A stretch of DNA of 64,000 nucleotides from Candidatus Bathyarchaeia archaeon (GTDB lineage Archaea; Thermoproteota; Bathyarchaeia; Bathyarchaeales; Bathycorpusculaceae): assembly GCA_037481775.1 (NCBI GenBank), contig JBBFKZ010000001.1:128001-192000 (forward strand), read 5' to 3'. Made by a program: the position numbers and the translations under genes. Of the stretch, positions 38,905-49,535 are shown one piece after another (within the stretch, counting starts at the first letter, position 1; the number at the start of each line of letters is the position of its first letter). Below the pieces are notes generated by a model. The model saw only the letters and a list, made by a program, of their open reading frames with translations, was not told the origin of the DNA and ran no database searches.

Positions 38905-39021
38905 GGGCGCGGTTGCCTAACTTTTGTGTTAAATCTCTGCTTCAGGAATGAGAAATAAACTATAGAATAGCCATATAAAGAAAAGGAACGCGTCAACGGC
39001 GCGATTGCTGTAAAGTGGTGT

Positions 39022-39204
39022 TTACTCTATTACCTGAATTGCGCCTTGCGGGCATTGGGCTTCGCATGCACGGCAGACTAGGCATTCGCTGACGTTAACT
39101 GGGACGGATTTGCCGTCTTTTATCTCATAGACGCTGACCGGGCAAGTGTTAACGCAGGTTTCGCATCCGTTGCATTTGTCATTATCAACTACTATCTTTA
39201 CCAT
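39022..39204 (-). CDS. 2x[4Fe-4S] ferredoxin
   Basis: CNGCETCVNTCP; CLVCRACEAQCP. Confidence 0.92.
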   Translation of the reverse strand: MVKIVVDNDKCNGCETCVNTCPVSVYEIKDGKSVPVNVSECLVCRACEAQCPQGAIQVIE

Positions 39205-39266
39205 TTCACATACCTCTTGTAAGTTTGATTCAAACGCTACAAGTAAAATAAAAGTGTTTAGGTCGA

Positions 39267-41000
39267 TTAGCGAATTTCTTCACGTAGTCTAAGAAGAATT
39301 CCGTTGATTGTTGCCTCAGCTTTTTCTTTCCGCCGCTGATAATCCGCAATTGCTTTCTTGTACTCTTCCAACGGAAGTTCTCCTCTACTGTGGCGAACCT
39401 CCACTGTTCTCAAATTAGCTGAGATTTCAACAAGTTCTGCTTCTGCAATATCCAGCTGCCTAACCGAATCAGCATAAACCCCGCCGGCGCTGCGGAAAAC
39501 AGCCTTTAACTCAGCTATGTTCTTGTTTAGCGTGTCTATGCGGGTTTCCAGAGTTTTCCGTTGCACCTTGTATCGGCGCCTTGGAATCTTGCCCTTTTGC
39601 GCTCTTTCTTCAAGAAGCTTCAGTTCCAAGACTAACTTGTTTTTCTCTTCATATGCATCATTGAAGGCTCTTAATTGATCTGGACTGAGAATTACAGAAG
39701 CTTTTGGTGTTGCCACTCTTGGCGGTGCCGCAGCTTTGGGTCTTATTTTCCAGACAGCTAGAATCATGGCTCCAACCGCTGCTAAAGTCCACATCCACAT
39801 AGTAGGCCTAAAAGACGCCCAAAGTGGATTATAATCATATTTGATCTGCACAGTGTCTTCAGAAGGAACAGCGCTCTCTATGTTGCTGACTCCTTCTCTG
39901 TTAATTGTCAGCGTTTCTTGAAAGGCTTCTCTGGTTAAACTTGAGGATGGCTCTATTTCTGAGTACTGTGGCTCTATAAACTTCGCTCCTTCAGGGAGAA
40001 CAAAGTTAACGGTGACCTTGTCAATGTAGCAATTGAGATTGGGGAATAGATCAAAGTTCAAAGTGAAATGCGTTTGCTCAGAAGATACCTGGGGCAAAGT
40101 ATAATCCGCTGATAGGAATGTTGCTGTGCCGCTGTTTAGAGGCGAGGCTAACGTAGCAGTGACAAAGGACGCGTTTGCATCATCGGTTTGAGTGCTGACG
40201 ATCAAGTTTCTGCCGAATTCGTCACTTACAGCAATGTTTGAAGCCGCAGGCGGTAAGCCTATCTTAATAGAACTAATGCTACTTGTCGAGTTATTTACGA
40301 TGCGATATTTGTCCGAGACTGTTATGCCGCCGGCGGCGTTTATCGTAACTTGGCGAGTTAGCTGTTTCACGTTAATTATTTGAATGCTGCCGGAGCTTAA
40401 GGAAAAAGTTGCTGTTGCTGGCGAATAAGTGAATGCAGCTAAATTGTGCTTAACAAAGCTCGCTGTTTGAACTTCGCCGTCATTTTTTGTTATGGTAATA
40501 TTTTGGGCATCTTCAGGTAAAACAAGAGTAACCTCACAGCTGGCCGCATCCTTCACGAGACTGGGGTAGGCTGGAAAATCCAGCGTAAAATTGTTATAAT
40601 TTTGAGTGATAAGGCTGTTCGAGAGAATGAATGCTACGGTAAAAACTTGAGGCGCGCCCTGTGGAAAACTTATTTTTGCACCGTAAAAGCCACTTTGGCC
40701 TTCCAACTGCACGCCAAGGCTCATGGGAAAAACATTGTTGTCGTCATAGGCTATGCCTTTGAGAATGTACGCGCCGTATTTGTATGGGACGCCTATTAGG
40801 AAGTCGCCTGTTAATTGTCCAGTTAATCGCACTTTGTCCCTTATAATTACGTGGCCAGAGTACAAGACTTCAACTTGGTGATCAATCTGTTGTATGGTGT
40901 ATGTGGCTTCTTGAGACAAAACAGCTTGCGTGTTAAATGAAGACAATAGAACCGCAAGTGAAAAAATCATCAGCACTATTGTGGTAGTAGTTCTCTTCAC
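39267..41000 (-). CDS. Membrane protein with extracellular beta-sandwich domains and a cytoplasmic coiled coil (ribophorin I-like architecture)
   Basis: Signal peptide, repeated V.LPE.A strands, one TM, helical C terminus. Confidence 0.6.
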   Translation of the reverse strand: MKRTTTTIVLMIFSLAVLLSSFNTQAVLSQEATYTIQQIDHQVEVLYSGHVIIRDKVRLTGQLTGDFLIGVPYKYGAYILKGIAYDDNNVFPMSLGVQLEGQSGFYGAKISFPQGAPQVFTVAFILSNSLITQNYNNFTLDFPAYPSLVKDAASCEVTLVLPEDAQNITITKNDGEVQTASFVKHNLAAFTYSPATATFSLSSGSIQIINVKQLTRQVTINAAGGITVSDKYRIVNNSTSSISSIKIGLPPAASNIAVSDEFGRNLIVSTQTDDANASFVTATLASPLNSGTATFLSADYTLPQVSSEQTHFTLNFDLFPNLNCYIDKVTVNFVLPEGAKFIEPQYSEIEPSSSLTREAFQETLTINREGVSNIESAVPSEDTVQIKYDYNPLWASFRPTMWMWTLAAVGAMILAVWKIRPKAAAPPRVATPKASVILSPDQLRAFNDAYEEKNKLVLELKLLEERAQKGKIPRRRYKVQRKTLETRIDTLNKNIAELKAVFRSAGGVYADSVRQLDIAEAELVEISANLRTVEVRHSRGELPLEEYKKAIADYQRRKEKAEATINGILLRLREEIR

Positions 41001-41206
41001 TTGAATTCACCGAGTTTAGGTTTCTCTATGTTATTAGTAGCTTATTTATTTACTTTTAGAAAACGCGGGGTCTAATTGGTTATTGAATTTCGTTACGGCT
41101 ACGGTGGCGTCCCATGCTTAGAGTGGTCGATGCTATCCGTGAATAATTCGCTTTACATAAATTTTGATTTTGTTAATTAAAGAACAAGTTATCATGGTGC
41201 AGATTA

Positions 41207-41262
41207 ATAGCCCCCTCTATAGGTTTCTGCATTGAATTGCTAATATGCGCCAAATATGATGG
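41207..41262 (-). repeat. Dispersed ~55-bp intergenic element, copy 3
   Basis: ATAGCCCCCTCTATAGGTTTCTGCATTGAATTGCTAATATGCGCCAAATATGATGG. Confidence 0.95.
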
Positions 41263-41388
41263 TTTTCCTTTGTGATGTATCAAATCCTTTGTATGGTAAG
41301 TACGGATGTGGAAAGCTTGTTACGCTTTTCTTTTGGAAAATGCTTAATTAAGGGATGTGCTTATTCTGTGCAGACGGAAGTATAAGCG

Positions 41389-41757
41389 ATGAGTGATGAT
41401 CTTTCAAAGTTACCGCCTCAAGTTCAAGAGCGCTTGCTGAGGCTACAGCAGTTGCAGCAAACTTTGCAGGCTGTTTTGGCGCAGAAGCAGCAGGTAGAGG
41501 CGGAGAAGAATGAGGTGGAGCAAACCTTAGCTGAATTGCAAAATATAGCGGACGATGCTGTGATTTACAAGGCTGCTGGCTCTATTTTGATAAAGGCGGA
41601 TAAAGCTAAGGTAACTGAAGAGTTGGTTGAACGAAAAGAACTGTTGAACACGCGGAGCACTGTTCTCGCCCGCCAAGAAGAAAGATTACGTAGCCAAGTG
41701 AAGGAAACACAAGCAAAGCTTCAAGAAGACCTCAGTCCCGTTTCGCCATCAGCGTAA
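41389..41757 (+). CDS. pfdB: Prefoldin beta subunit
   Basis: LPPQVQ, coiled coil-IYKAAGSILIK-coiled coil. Confidence 0.93.
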   Translation: MSDDLSKLPPQVQERLLRLQQLQQTLQAVLAQKQQVEAEKNEVEQTLAELQNIADDAVIYKAAGSILIKADKAKVTEELVERKELLNTRSTVLARQEERLRSQVKETQAKLQEDLSPVSPSA

Positions 41758-41769
41758 TAGTCTGCTAGG

Positions 41770-42075
41770 GTGGAACATGTGGACGAGCTGGGGTTTCCCG
41801 ACTTAACCACCGAGCAAATTGAGGTGTTATGCTCTACAGCGGAGAATGCTGCCAGAAACTTTGTTCTCTCGAAGATGTCCGCCAAAATGGTGGAGAAATT
41901 GAACATAAGCGTGGAAGTTGAAGGAACAAAACCTGTGAATGTGACGGTTGAGATAGAGTTGGAGCTATCGCCGAAAATGAAGGAATTTGACGTTGAAAAA
42001 CTGGTGAAAGATGCGGTTAAAGAGGCGCATAAAGCAAGTGAAAATTACCTGAGAAAACTAGCATGTCCATCCTAA
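41770..42075 (+). CDS. DUF3194-like protein
   Basis: LTTEQIE...AENAARNFV; position after pfdB. Confidence 0.65.
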   Translation: MEHVDELGFPDLTTEQIEVLCSTAENAARNFVLSKMSAKMVEKLNISVEVEGTKPVNVTVEIELELSPKMKEFDVEKLVKDAVKEAHKASENYLRKLACPS

Positions 42076-43061
42076 ACATATTAGCTATTCTAGACGAAGT
42101 TGATGCCAAATTCGTTCTTTTACTATGTCATCACAACGCAGATCCCGACGCAATATGCTCAGCCTATGCTTTTCAAGGCTTATTATCAAAGGTAAAGCCG
42201 CACATTGCTGCTGAGATTGGCGCTGGACAGGGGATCAGCAGGCTTTCAAAGCACATCTTAAAGCGGCTGCCTATAACTGTGAACTTGAATCCAAATGTGG
42301 AGAAAGCTGATGCCATATTGCTATTAGACACTAATACAATTCAACAATTGGATTCTTTGTCTGAAAAAGTGGCGAGAATCAAGGTGCCTATAATCGTAAT
42401 TGACCATCATGCAGCTCATCCTGAGACGGAGCGTGTGGCGAGGTTATGTGTAACAGACGAAAAAGCCTCTTCTACATGTGAAATAATTTACGATTTTTAC
42501 AGGCAGCTCAACATTAAACCAGACTTAAATGCGGCTAAAGCGCTGTTTCTGGGGATAACCTTCGATACCCGCCACTTTGTTTTAGCTAATTCTGCAACCT
42601 TTAAAACTATAGCTGCACTCAGTGATATAGGCGTGAATCCTCAAGAGGAGCTGGCTGCGCTTGCTTTGCCAATGGACTTTTCTGAGCGCGTCGCGAGAAT
42701 AAAAGCGTGTAGAAGAGCCAAGCTAGTTAAGATGGAAAGCTGGATAATTGCTTTTTCGCATGTTAGTGCATATCAAGCTTCAGCCGCAAGAGCATTAGTT
42801 GACTTGGGTGCGCATTTGGCAGCAGTGGCGGGGCAAAAAAATGATAAGATTGAGATTAGTCTACGCTGCACCAGCGAATTTCATCAAGCGACTGGCATCC
42901 ACTTAGGAAGAGACATAGCCAAACCCTTAGGCGAGTATCTCCAAGGGATGGGTGGCGGACACGCTACGGCTGCGGGGGTTAATGGCATAGGATCCATAGA
43001 AAAAGGGCTTAAGCGTTGCTTGCGATTGGTGAAAGAAAAACTTGTTGTCACTAATCATTAA
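42063..43061 (+). CDS. DHH-family phosphoesterase
   Basis: HHNADPDA, LLDT, IDHH, GGGHATAAG. Confidence 0.9.
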   Translation: MSILNILAILDEVDAKFVLLLCHHNADPDAICSAYAFQGLLSKVKPHIAAEIGAGQGISRLSKHILKRLPITVNLNPNVEKADAILLLDTNTIQQLDSLSEKVARIKVPIIVIDHHAAHPETERVARLCVTDEKASSTCEIIYDFYRQLNIKPDLNAAKALFLGITFDTRHFVLANSATFKTIAALSDIGVNPQEELAALALPMDFSERVARIKACRRAKLVKMESWIIAFSHVSAYQASAARALVDLGAHLAAVAGQKNDKIEISLRCTSEFHQATGIHLGRDIAKPLGEYLQGMGGGHATAAGVNGIGSIEKGLKRCLRLVKEKLVVTNH

Positions 43062-43117
43062 TGGGTAGCTACTCTTAAATGTGGCGACTAAGCGTAACAT
43101 AGGCGGGCACAGCGACC

Positions 43118-43972
43118 ATGTCCATAATAGAAACAAAAAACCTCACATACATTTATCCCGGCGCAACATATCCCTCAATTAGCGATGTGTCAATAAAAGT
43201 AGAGAAGGGCGAATTCGTTCTAATTACTGGGCCCAGCGGCTGCGGAAAGACAACATTGTGCCGATGTTTTAACGGGCTTATCCCACATTTTTACCAAGGC
43301 GAATTAAAAGGCGAAATAACCGTGGCCGGGTTGGATCCCACTAAGCATCATACACACGAAATGGCAAAGAGCGTGGGCATGGTTTTTCAAAACCCGGAAA
43401 ATCAGCTTTTTGCCTTATCCATAGAGAAGGATGTAGCGTTCGGACTGGAAAATCTAGGTGTACCCAGAGAAGAAATACGGAAAAGGGTAGATTGGGCGCT
43501 CATGCAAACGGGCATTTACGACCTACGTGAAAGGTCACCGCATGAAGTTTCGGGTGGTCAGCAGCAACGCGTTGCTATCGCCGCTGTCCTCGCCATGCAG
43601 CCCGAAATAATAGTTTTAGATGAACCGACCTCTTTCCTAGACCCGTTGAGTGCAGAGAGAATATTTGAAGTGATACATGAACTTAACAAGAAACTTGGAA
43701 TAACCGTGGTGCTGGTGGAGCATCGGCTTGATTTAACCGCTAAATACGCCGATCACATAATAATAATGGACGATGGCAAGGTATGCTTCGACGGCGCGCC
43801 CAGAGAAATTCTAAGCACCGAAGAAACACGCCTAATCGGTGTAGGTATCCCGAAAGCCACGCTTCTTTACAATTTGCTTAGGAAGGAAGGCATAAAACTG
43901 AGCGATATTACGCCGTTGTCTTCGGAAGAACTGGCAACACTGCTGTTGGAGGCTCTGAAGCCACATGATTGA
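43118..43972 (+). CDS. ecfA1: ECF transporter ATPase A1
   Basis: GPSGCGKT, FQNPENQ, SGGQQQR, LDEP. Confidence 0.9.
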   Translation: MSIIETKNLTYIYPGATYPSISDVSIKVEKGEFVLITGPSGCGKTTLCRCFNGLIPHFYQGELKGEITVAGLDPTKHHTHEMAKSVGMVFQNPENQLFALSIEKDVAFGLENLGVPREEIRKRVDWALMQTGIYDLRERSPHEVSGGQQQRVAIAAVLAMQPEIIVLDEPTSFLDPLSAERIFEVIHELNKKLGITVVLVEHRLDLTAKYADHIIIMDDGKVCFDGAPREILSTEETRLIGVGIPKATLLYNLLRKEGIKLSDITPLSSEELATLLLEALKPHD

Positions 43973-44789
43973 AGCTGAAAATGTTCACTTTGTTTACCCC
44001 AACGGTGTGGAAGCCTTAAAGGGCGTTTCGCTGGTTATCAGGGAAGGCGAGTTTGTGGCTATAATGGGCCAGAACGGCGCTGGAAAAACAACACTGATCA
44101 AGCATTTTAACGGCTTGCTGAAGCCGACAAAAGGATCAGTGCGGGTAAACGGCGTGGAAACTACCAAAACCAGTGTTGCTTCCCTTGCGCGAAACGTTGG
44201 TTTTGTGTTTCAAAATCCTGATCATCAGCTTTTCAGCGAAACAGTCGAGGAAGAAATAGCTTTTGCATTGAAAAACTTTGGATTCGAAGCCGACGTGATA
44301 GAAAAGCGCATCAGTTGGGCTTTGAATCTTCTGGGGTTAGAGCAGTACCGTAAAACTTCACCTTTTCTGCTAAGCGGCGGCGAGCGAAAAAGAGTTGCGT
44401 TAGCCTCTGTTCTGGCTTGGGATCCGCAAACGCTGGTTTTAGACGAGCCAACGATAGGGCAGGACTATCAACAGAAGGAAAAGCTCCGCCAGTTTATTAT
44501 TCAAATGCAGACACAAGGCAAAACAGTTATTATAGTTACACATGATGTAGAATTTGTGGCTGAGTGCAACCCGCGAGTAGTGTTGATGAAGGAAGGAAGA
44601 ATTGTCGCTGATGGCGAAGGTAAAGGAATACTCACCAACCCTGAAGTTTTAGCTCAGTCATCTGTTGTTCTGCCGCAGATAACTCAAATTTTCATGAAAC
44701 TGACGCCGCTGGGTCTTTCGAAAGACGTCATAGACCTCTACGAAGCAAAGGAAATATTACTCAAGTGCTGGAAGGGAGGTAAGAAATGA
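43965..44789 (+). CDS. ecfA2: ECF transporter ATPase A2
   Basis: GQNGAGKT, FQNPDHQLF, PFLLSGGE. Confidence 0.9.
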   Translation: MIEAENVHFVYPNGVEALKGVSLVIREGEFVAIMGQNGAGKTTLIKHFNGLLKPTKGSVRVNGVETTKTSVASLARNVGFVFQNPDHQLFSETVEEEIAFALKNFGFEADVIEKRISWALNLLGLEQYRKTSPFLLSGGERKRVALASVLAWDPQTLVLDEPTIGQDYQQKEKLRQFIIQMQTQGKTVIIVTHDVEFVAECNPRVVLMKEGRIVADGEGKGILTNPEVLAQSSVVLPQITQIFMKLTPLGLSKDVIDLYEAKEILLKCWKGGKK

Positions 44790-45574
44790 GCTTTTTTGAC
44801 GGCTTAAAATTCCGCAAAGTCTACTCGCCAATTCACAATTTAGATCCAAGAATGAAGTTCATATATGTCTGCTCGGTGTTTGTAGCGGCGATTCTCTTCA
44901 GCGAAATTATTCCATTATCCATTCTTTTCTTGATGCAAATACCCTTTGTTCTATTGGCGGGCGTCCCAAAGGAGTGGCTCCGTTCGCTTCGCGGCGCCGT
45001 CTTTCTAGCCGCATTCATTTTCCTAATTAATATAGCAACCAGCTTTTTCACTTCAGGCTACATGCTGACAGCAGCCAATGTGGAAAATGCTGCTGCCTTG
45101 ACCCTGCGCTTTATAGTGCTCGTGGAAGCCTTCTCGGTTTTCTTTTTGACAACCTCTCCAGACCATCTGGGTTTGGCGTTAGAGCAGAGCCATGTGCCCT
45201 ACGAGTTCGCTTTTGCCTTCACAACTGCAGTGCGTTTTGTTCCTGTTTTGGCAGAAGAAGCTCATACGATAATGGATGCGCAAAAGGCGCGAGGGTTGGA
45301 GTTGGAGAAAGGTAGTTTCATGAAGAGGATTAGAAACTACATTCCAATTCTCATCCCGCTAATAGTCAGCGCTATCCGGCGAAGCCTCGAGTTGGCTGAA
45401 GCTATGGAGTCACGTGCTTGGGGCGCCGCGAAAAAACGCACAAACTTGTACGCGTTAAAGCTGCACAGAGGCGATTTTGCTTTATTGACGATAACACTCG
45501 CGGTTTTGGCGATTGCGGTTTATGCTAGGCTTTATGTGCCTGTGCCAACGTTAACTCAACTAATTGGAGTTTGA
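44786..45574 (+). CDS. ecfT: ECF transporter T component
   Basis: LDPRMK, AQKARG, AMESRA. Confidence 0.92.
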   Translation: MSFFDGLKFRKVYSPIHNLDPRMKFIYVCSVFVAAILFSEIIPLSILFLMQIPFVLLAGVPKEWLRSLRGAVFLAAFIFLINIATSFFTSGYMLTAANVENAAALTLRFIVLVEAFSVFFLTTSPDHLGLALEQSHVPYEFAFAFTTAVRFVPVLAEEAHTIMDAQKARGLELEKGSFMKRIRNYIPILIPLIVSAIRRSLELAEAMESRAWGAAKKRTNLYALKLHRGDFALLTITLAVLAIAVYARLYVPVPTLTQLIGV

Positions 45575-45711
45575 GCACCACTAATTTGGAGATTTTTCCT
45601 GGTTAGCTTTTAGCTGTTTTTGGTGAATTCCAGTTCATATTAACTATACATATAGCTTATTAATACTTACGACACACCATATTTTTCAAGAAACATCCGA
45701 CACTCTAACCC

Positions 45712-47290
45712 ATGGAGGGCAAAACCCACGAAGAAACAACAAGACCCAAAAACAGTAGACACTCTGGATCAGCCGCAAGCACCAGCAATAATCAGCGGTG
45801 CACCTACAAAACCTGCAGTTTTCCAAGAAGTCTACGCCCTCCAAGAGCCATACGTGTACGCGGCAATTGTCCGAGAAAAAGAAACCCAAAAGCTGCGCTA
45901 CGAAGTTATAGAGCCTACTCTCCAACCAAACGAGGAAAAGTATCTTCGTGAAATAAAGAATTTTCTGATGGATGAAGTAGACGTAAACTTGAAAGAAATT
46001 GAAAACAAAGACAAAGCAGAAAACTTTCTAAGACAAAAAATCCGGGGGATCATAAAAAAGTACCGCATGAAAATCCCAGCAGAAGCGGTTGACAAACTCA
46101 CCTATTACATAATAAGAGATTCCTTAGGCTACGGAAAAATTGACCCATTAATGAAAGATCCTTTAATTGAAGATATCTCTGCAGACGGCACAAACATTCC
46201 GCTCTACGTGTGGCATCGCTTCTACGAGTCGCTGCCAACAAACATAATGTTCACAAACGTCGCTGAACTGGATGCCTTCATAATTCGCCTTGCATATCTA
46301 GCTGGCAAAAGCATTTCTCTAGCTACACCAATTCTTGACGCGACTCTTCCAGAAGGAAGCCGCATACAGCTCACCTACGGCAGCGAGGTCACCCGAAGAG
46401 GCTCAACCTTTACTATAAGGCGCTTCAAAGCGGATCCGCTGACAATCTCGGATCTCATAGCTTTCAACACCCTTTCCTCGGAGATGGCTGCTTACCTGTG
46501 GTTCATCATAGAGAACCGAGCTTCAGTCTTGGTGGCAGGCGGGGTAGCCAGCGGCAAGACCACTCTGCTCAACTGCCTATCCATGTTCATAAAACCTGAA
46601 ATGAAAATTGTAAGTGTCGAAGACACTCAGGAGCTTAATCTCCCACATGAAAACTGGATACCCTCCGTAGTGCGCACTGGCTTCAAAGGTGATGACAAGC
46701 AAAGCGGCGACATCACCCTCTTCGACTTGCTGAAGGCGGCGGTTCGGCAGAGGCCTGACTACATTATTGTCGGTGAAGTGCGTGGTGAAGAAGCCTACAC
46801 GCTGTTCCAAGCCATGGCCACAGGGCACTTGGGCATGTCCACCATTCATGCTGAATCAGTCGACGCCGTAATTAAGAGGCTTGAATCCGAGCCGATGAAT
46901 ATTCCTAAGTCGCTTATTGCGATGACTAACGTCATTTTAGTTATGGAAAGAACCGAAGTTAAAGGGAGACCTGCAAGGCGAGTGAGCGTTGCATCTGAAG
47001 TAAAAGGAATTAATGCAGAGACAGATGAGATTCTAACTGAAAATGTGTTCCGCTGGAGCCCTCAGTTTGACAAGTTCACTTCAGGCGACAGCGTCCTCTT
47101 GGAGAAGCACATGAAGAAGCTGGGTTTAACCGAGGAAGATATACAACGTGAATTTAAAGCTAGGAAGACTGTTCTGGAGTGGATGGTAAAGGAGGGGATC
47201 CGACACTACAGTGACGTGGCCAAAGTGATCAGAGAATACTATGCTAACCCGAACCGTGTCTTCCAAAAGGCGAGAGTGGGGTTCAAATGA
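45712..47290 (+). CDS. Type IV pilus assembly ATPase (VirB11/FlaI family); 5' end apparently frameshifted
   Basis: GGVASGKTT, VEDTQEL, RQRPDYIIVGEVRG, TGH. The coding frame is open upstream of GTG 45854 with no in-frame ATG/GTG/TTG; ATG 45712 is one frame off. Confidence 0.88.
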
Positions 47291-48282
47291 GAAAAAAGCT
47301 CATGAAGAAACTCGCTACTGCCAAGGAACATTTAGCAGCGCTTAAAGGGTTAGATGAAAGTTCAAAACAAACACAAAAATCACTCTTGAAAGAACCTGTT
47401 GGGTTTTTGGAAAAGCCGTTATCTATAGCTTATCAGCTAATGGGCAGTAAAGCTGAGCGGTTTATGCCCCTATTCAAAGATTTAGACCAAACATTGCAAA
47501 AAGCAGGCTTAAAAATTAACTTCAAAGCATATATAAGCTTAACAATTTTATCGTCGCTATTGATCGCCTTGGCAGTAGCGGCAGTGTTGCCTCTATTGTT
47601 ATTTTCTATTTGCGCCGTGCCAATAAGCTCAGCGCTCTTATTCGGTTTAGGCGGCGGTCTACTCGCATGTTTTCTCTCGATTATTGGTTTTTACCTCTAT
47701 CCAGTTTATCATGCGGATAAGCATAAACGAGAATTGGATGACGAGTTGCCCTTTACGACTGGCTACATGGCTATCCTGTCAAGTGCAGCTGTTCCTCCTG
47801 AAAAAATTTTTTATTCGCTCTCAAACTTGAATGTGCCTTTAGCTGTTTCCGCAGAAGCCAAAGAAGTTGCAAAAGGCATCAACTTGTTCGGTTTAGACGT
47901 GATATCCGCCTTAGAAAGGGTGTCAAAACGCACACCTTCTGAAAAACTGCGAGGCATCATAGAGGGAATAATATCTACAATACACACGGGCGGCAACTTA
48001 AGTGCGTTTCTGAGAGGAAAATTTAAGGTCGCAATGAACCTGAAAAAAGTGGGACTCAAAAAGTACGCCGACAATTTGGCAATTCTGTCGGAAATTTATG
48101 TAGCCTTACTCTTGACTGGCCCGTTGCTTCTAGTCATTATGGTGTCGGTTATGTCGGTGATGGGCGGCAGCATAGGCTTACTCAGCCCCGACATGCTACT
48201 GGGGCTTTTAACTTATTTGGTGATTCCAGTTTGCGCTGTCGTATTCCTCCTAATCTTGGACTCAACTTCGCCAAAATGGTAG
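47287..48282 (+). CDS. Type IV pilus platform protein (TadC/T2SS-F)
   Basis: LDDELPF, GLDVISAL...TPSEKL, TGGNL. Confidence 0.88.
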   Translation: MRKKLMKKLATAKEHLAALKGLDESSKQTQKSLLKEPVGFLEKPLSIAYQLMGSKAERFMPLFKDLDQTLQKAGLKINFKAYISLTILSSLLIALAVAAVLPLLLFSICAVPISSALLFGLGGGLLACFLSIIGFYLYPVYHADKHKRELDDELPFTTGYMAILSSAAVPPEKIFYSLSNLNVPLAVSAEAKEVAKGINLFGLDVISALERVSKRTPSEKLRGIIEGIISTIHTGGNLSAFLRGKFKVAMNLKKVGLKKYADNLAILSEIYVALLLTGPLLLVIMVSVMSVMGGSIGLLSPDMLLGLLTYLVIPVCAVVFLLILDSTSPKW

Positions 48283-48288
48283 ATAAAA

Positions 48289-49104
48289 ATGCCCAAGATA
48301 GAGCGTAAAACGAAAAAACTTGCGATCATGATTTCAGCTCTGATAGCTACCGCAATAGTCCTTGCTGGCTATTTCACTGTTGGCCTCAGCCCCGCGTTAG
48401 ATGACTTCGTGTTTTTCGGTTTTCTCATCGTTATTTCGCCTATCGCGCTCTTGAATTATCTTGATTACAGGTGGAGAAAAGCTGTTGACGAGCGTTTGCC
48501 CGACTTATTCCGAAGCATAGTTCAAGCTCAAGAGACAGGCATGACACTTCACAGCGCTTTAGAAGAAGCAGCAAAAAGAGACTATGGTCCGCTAACTCCT
48601 GAACTGAAAAAGATGACTGCACAGATTTCTTGGGGTGCAAGTTTCGAGGAGGCACTTTCAGCCTTTGGAAAACGCGTGGGCACAGTGCTAACCCAGCGGA
48701 CGGTACCCTTGATAATTGAAGCTAGCCGTTCAGGAGGGCAAGCAGAGAAAATTTTCGGGCCTATGGGCAAATTTATCCAGAGCACTCTTCTGCTTGAGAA
48801 AGAACGCAGAACGCAGACCCGCCCATACATAGCCATAATCTACGTGGCGCTTTTCGTGTTTCTATTCACGATAGTGATTCTTTTCAAAACCTTTTTCACA
48901 AATGTCGACGGCACAGCCTTGTTTTCCATGTCAACGGTTTCACTTATTAATTTGCAGCGAATTTTCATGCATTTAACGATAATTCAAGGATTTTTCGGCG
49001 GTCTCGTGGCGGGCAAAATGGGTGAAGGCTCAATAACCGCTGGCTTAAAGCACAGTCTCATAATGATGCTGCTGGGCTATGTTGCATTGAATTTCTTTTT
49101 GTGA
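48289..49104 (+). CDS. Type IV pilus platform protein (TadC/T2SS-F), second copy
   Basis: LPDLFR...GMTL..AL, DYGPL, GLVAGKMGEG. Confidence 0.88.
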   Translation: MPKIERKTKKLAIMISALIATAIVLAGYFTVGLSPALDDFVFFGFLIVISPIALLNYLDYRWRKAVDERLPDLFRSIVQAQETGMTLHSALEEAAKRDYGPLTPELKKMTAQISWGASFEEALSAFGKRVGTVLTQRTVPLIIEASRSGGQAEKIFGPMGKFIQSTLLLEKERRTQTRPYIAIIYVALFVFLFTIVILFKTFFTNVDGTALFSMSTVSLINLQRIFMHLTIIQGFFGGLVAGKMGEGSITAGLKHSLIMMLLGYVALNFFL

Positions 49105-49535
49105 GGATGAAGAAAATGGCTAAGGCAGCTAAACGGTTTTTGCAGGATAAGCGGGCCATAACACCCGTTCTCAGTCATCTCTTGCTCACAGTCGTGGCAG
49201 TGGCGGTTATGGCCATTGCCACTTCAGCCACGTTCGTGATAACCACCAATCTCAGGGAGACTATGGGCGAACGCGTCTCAGTCGAAGACGTCTGGTTTAA
49301 CAGTTCCACTGGTACAGTGAACGTTTACCTACGTAACGTGGGTAAAACTGCCATCCAAGTCGTGGCCGTTTACGTGAACCACGTAGGCAGCCCATTCAAC
49401 TCGCCTTTTCGTTTAGAGCTAAATCAGCATGGTTGGCTAAGCGTTAATTGCACATGGAATCCTGGAGACACTTACTATATAGACGTAGTCACAACTAGGG
49501 GGACTCATGTTGCAGGTTATTACAAGGCGCCTTAA
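49101..49535 (+). CDS. Archaeal type IV pilin
   Basis: Class III signal KRA/ITPV plus hydrophobic helix; NVG...VYVN; VVTTRG. Confidence 0.85.
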   Translation: MRMKKMAKAAKRFLQDKRAITPVLSHLLLTVVAVAVMAIATSATFVITTNLRETMGERVSVEDVWFNSSTGTVNVYLRNVGKTAIQVVAVYVNHVGSPFNSPFRLELNQHGWLSVNCTWNPGDTYYIDVVTTRGTHVAGYYKAP

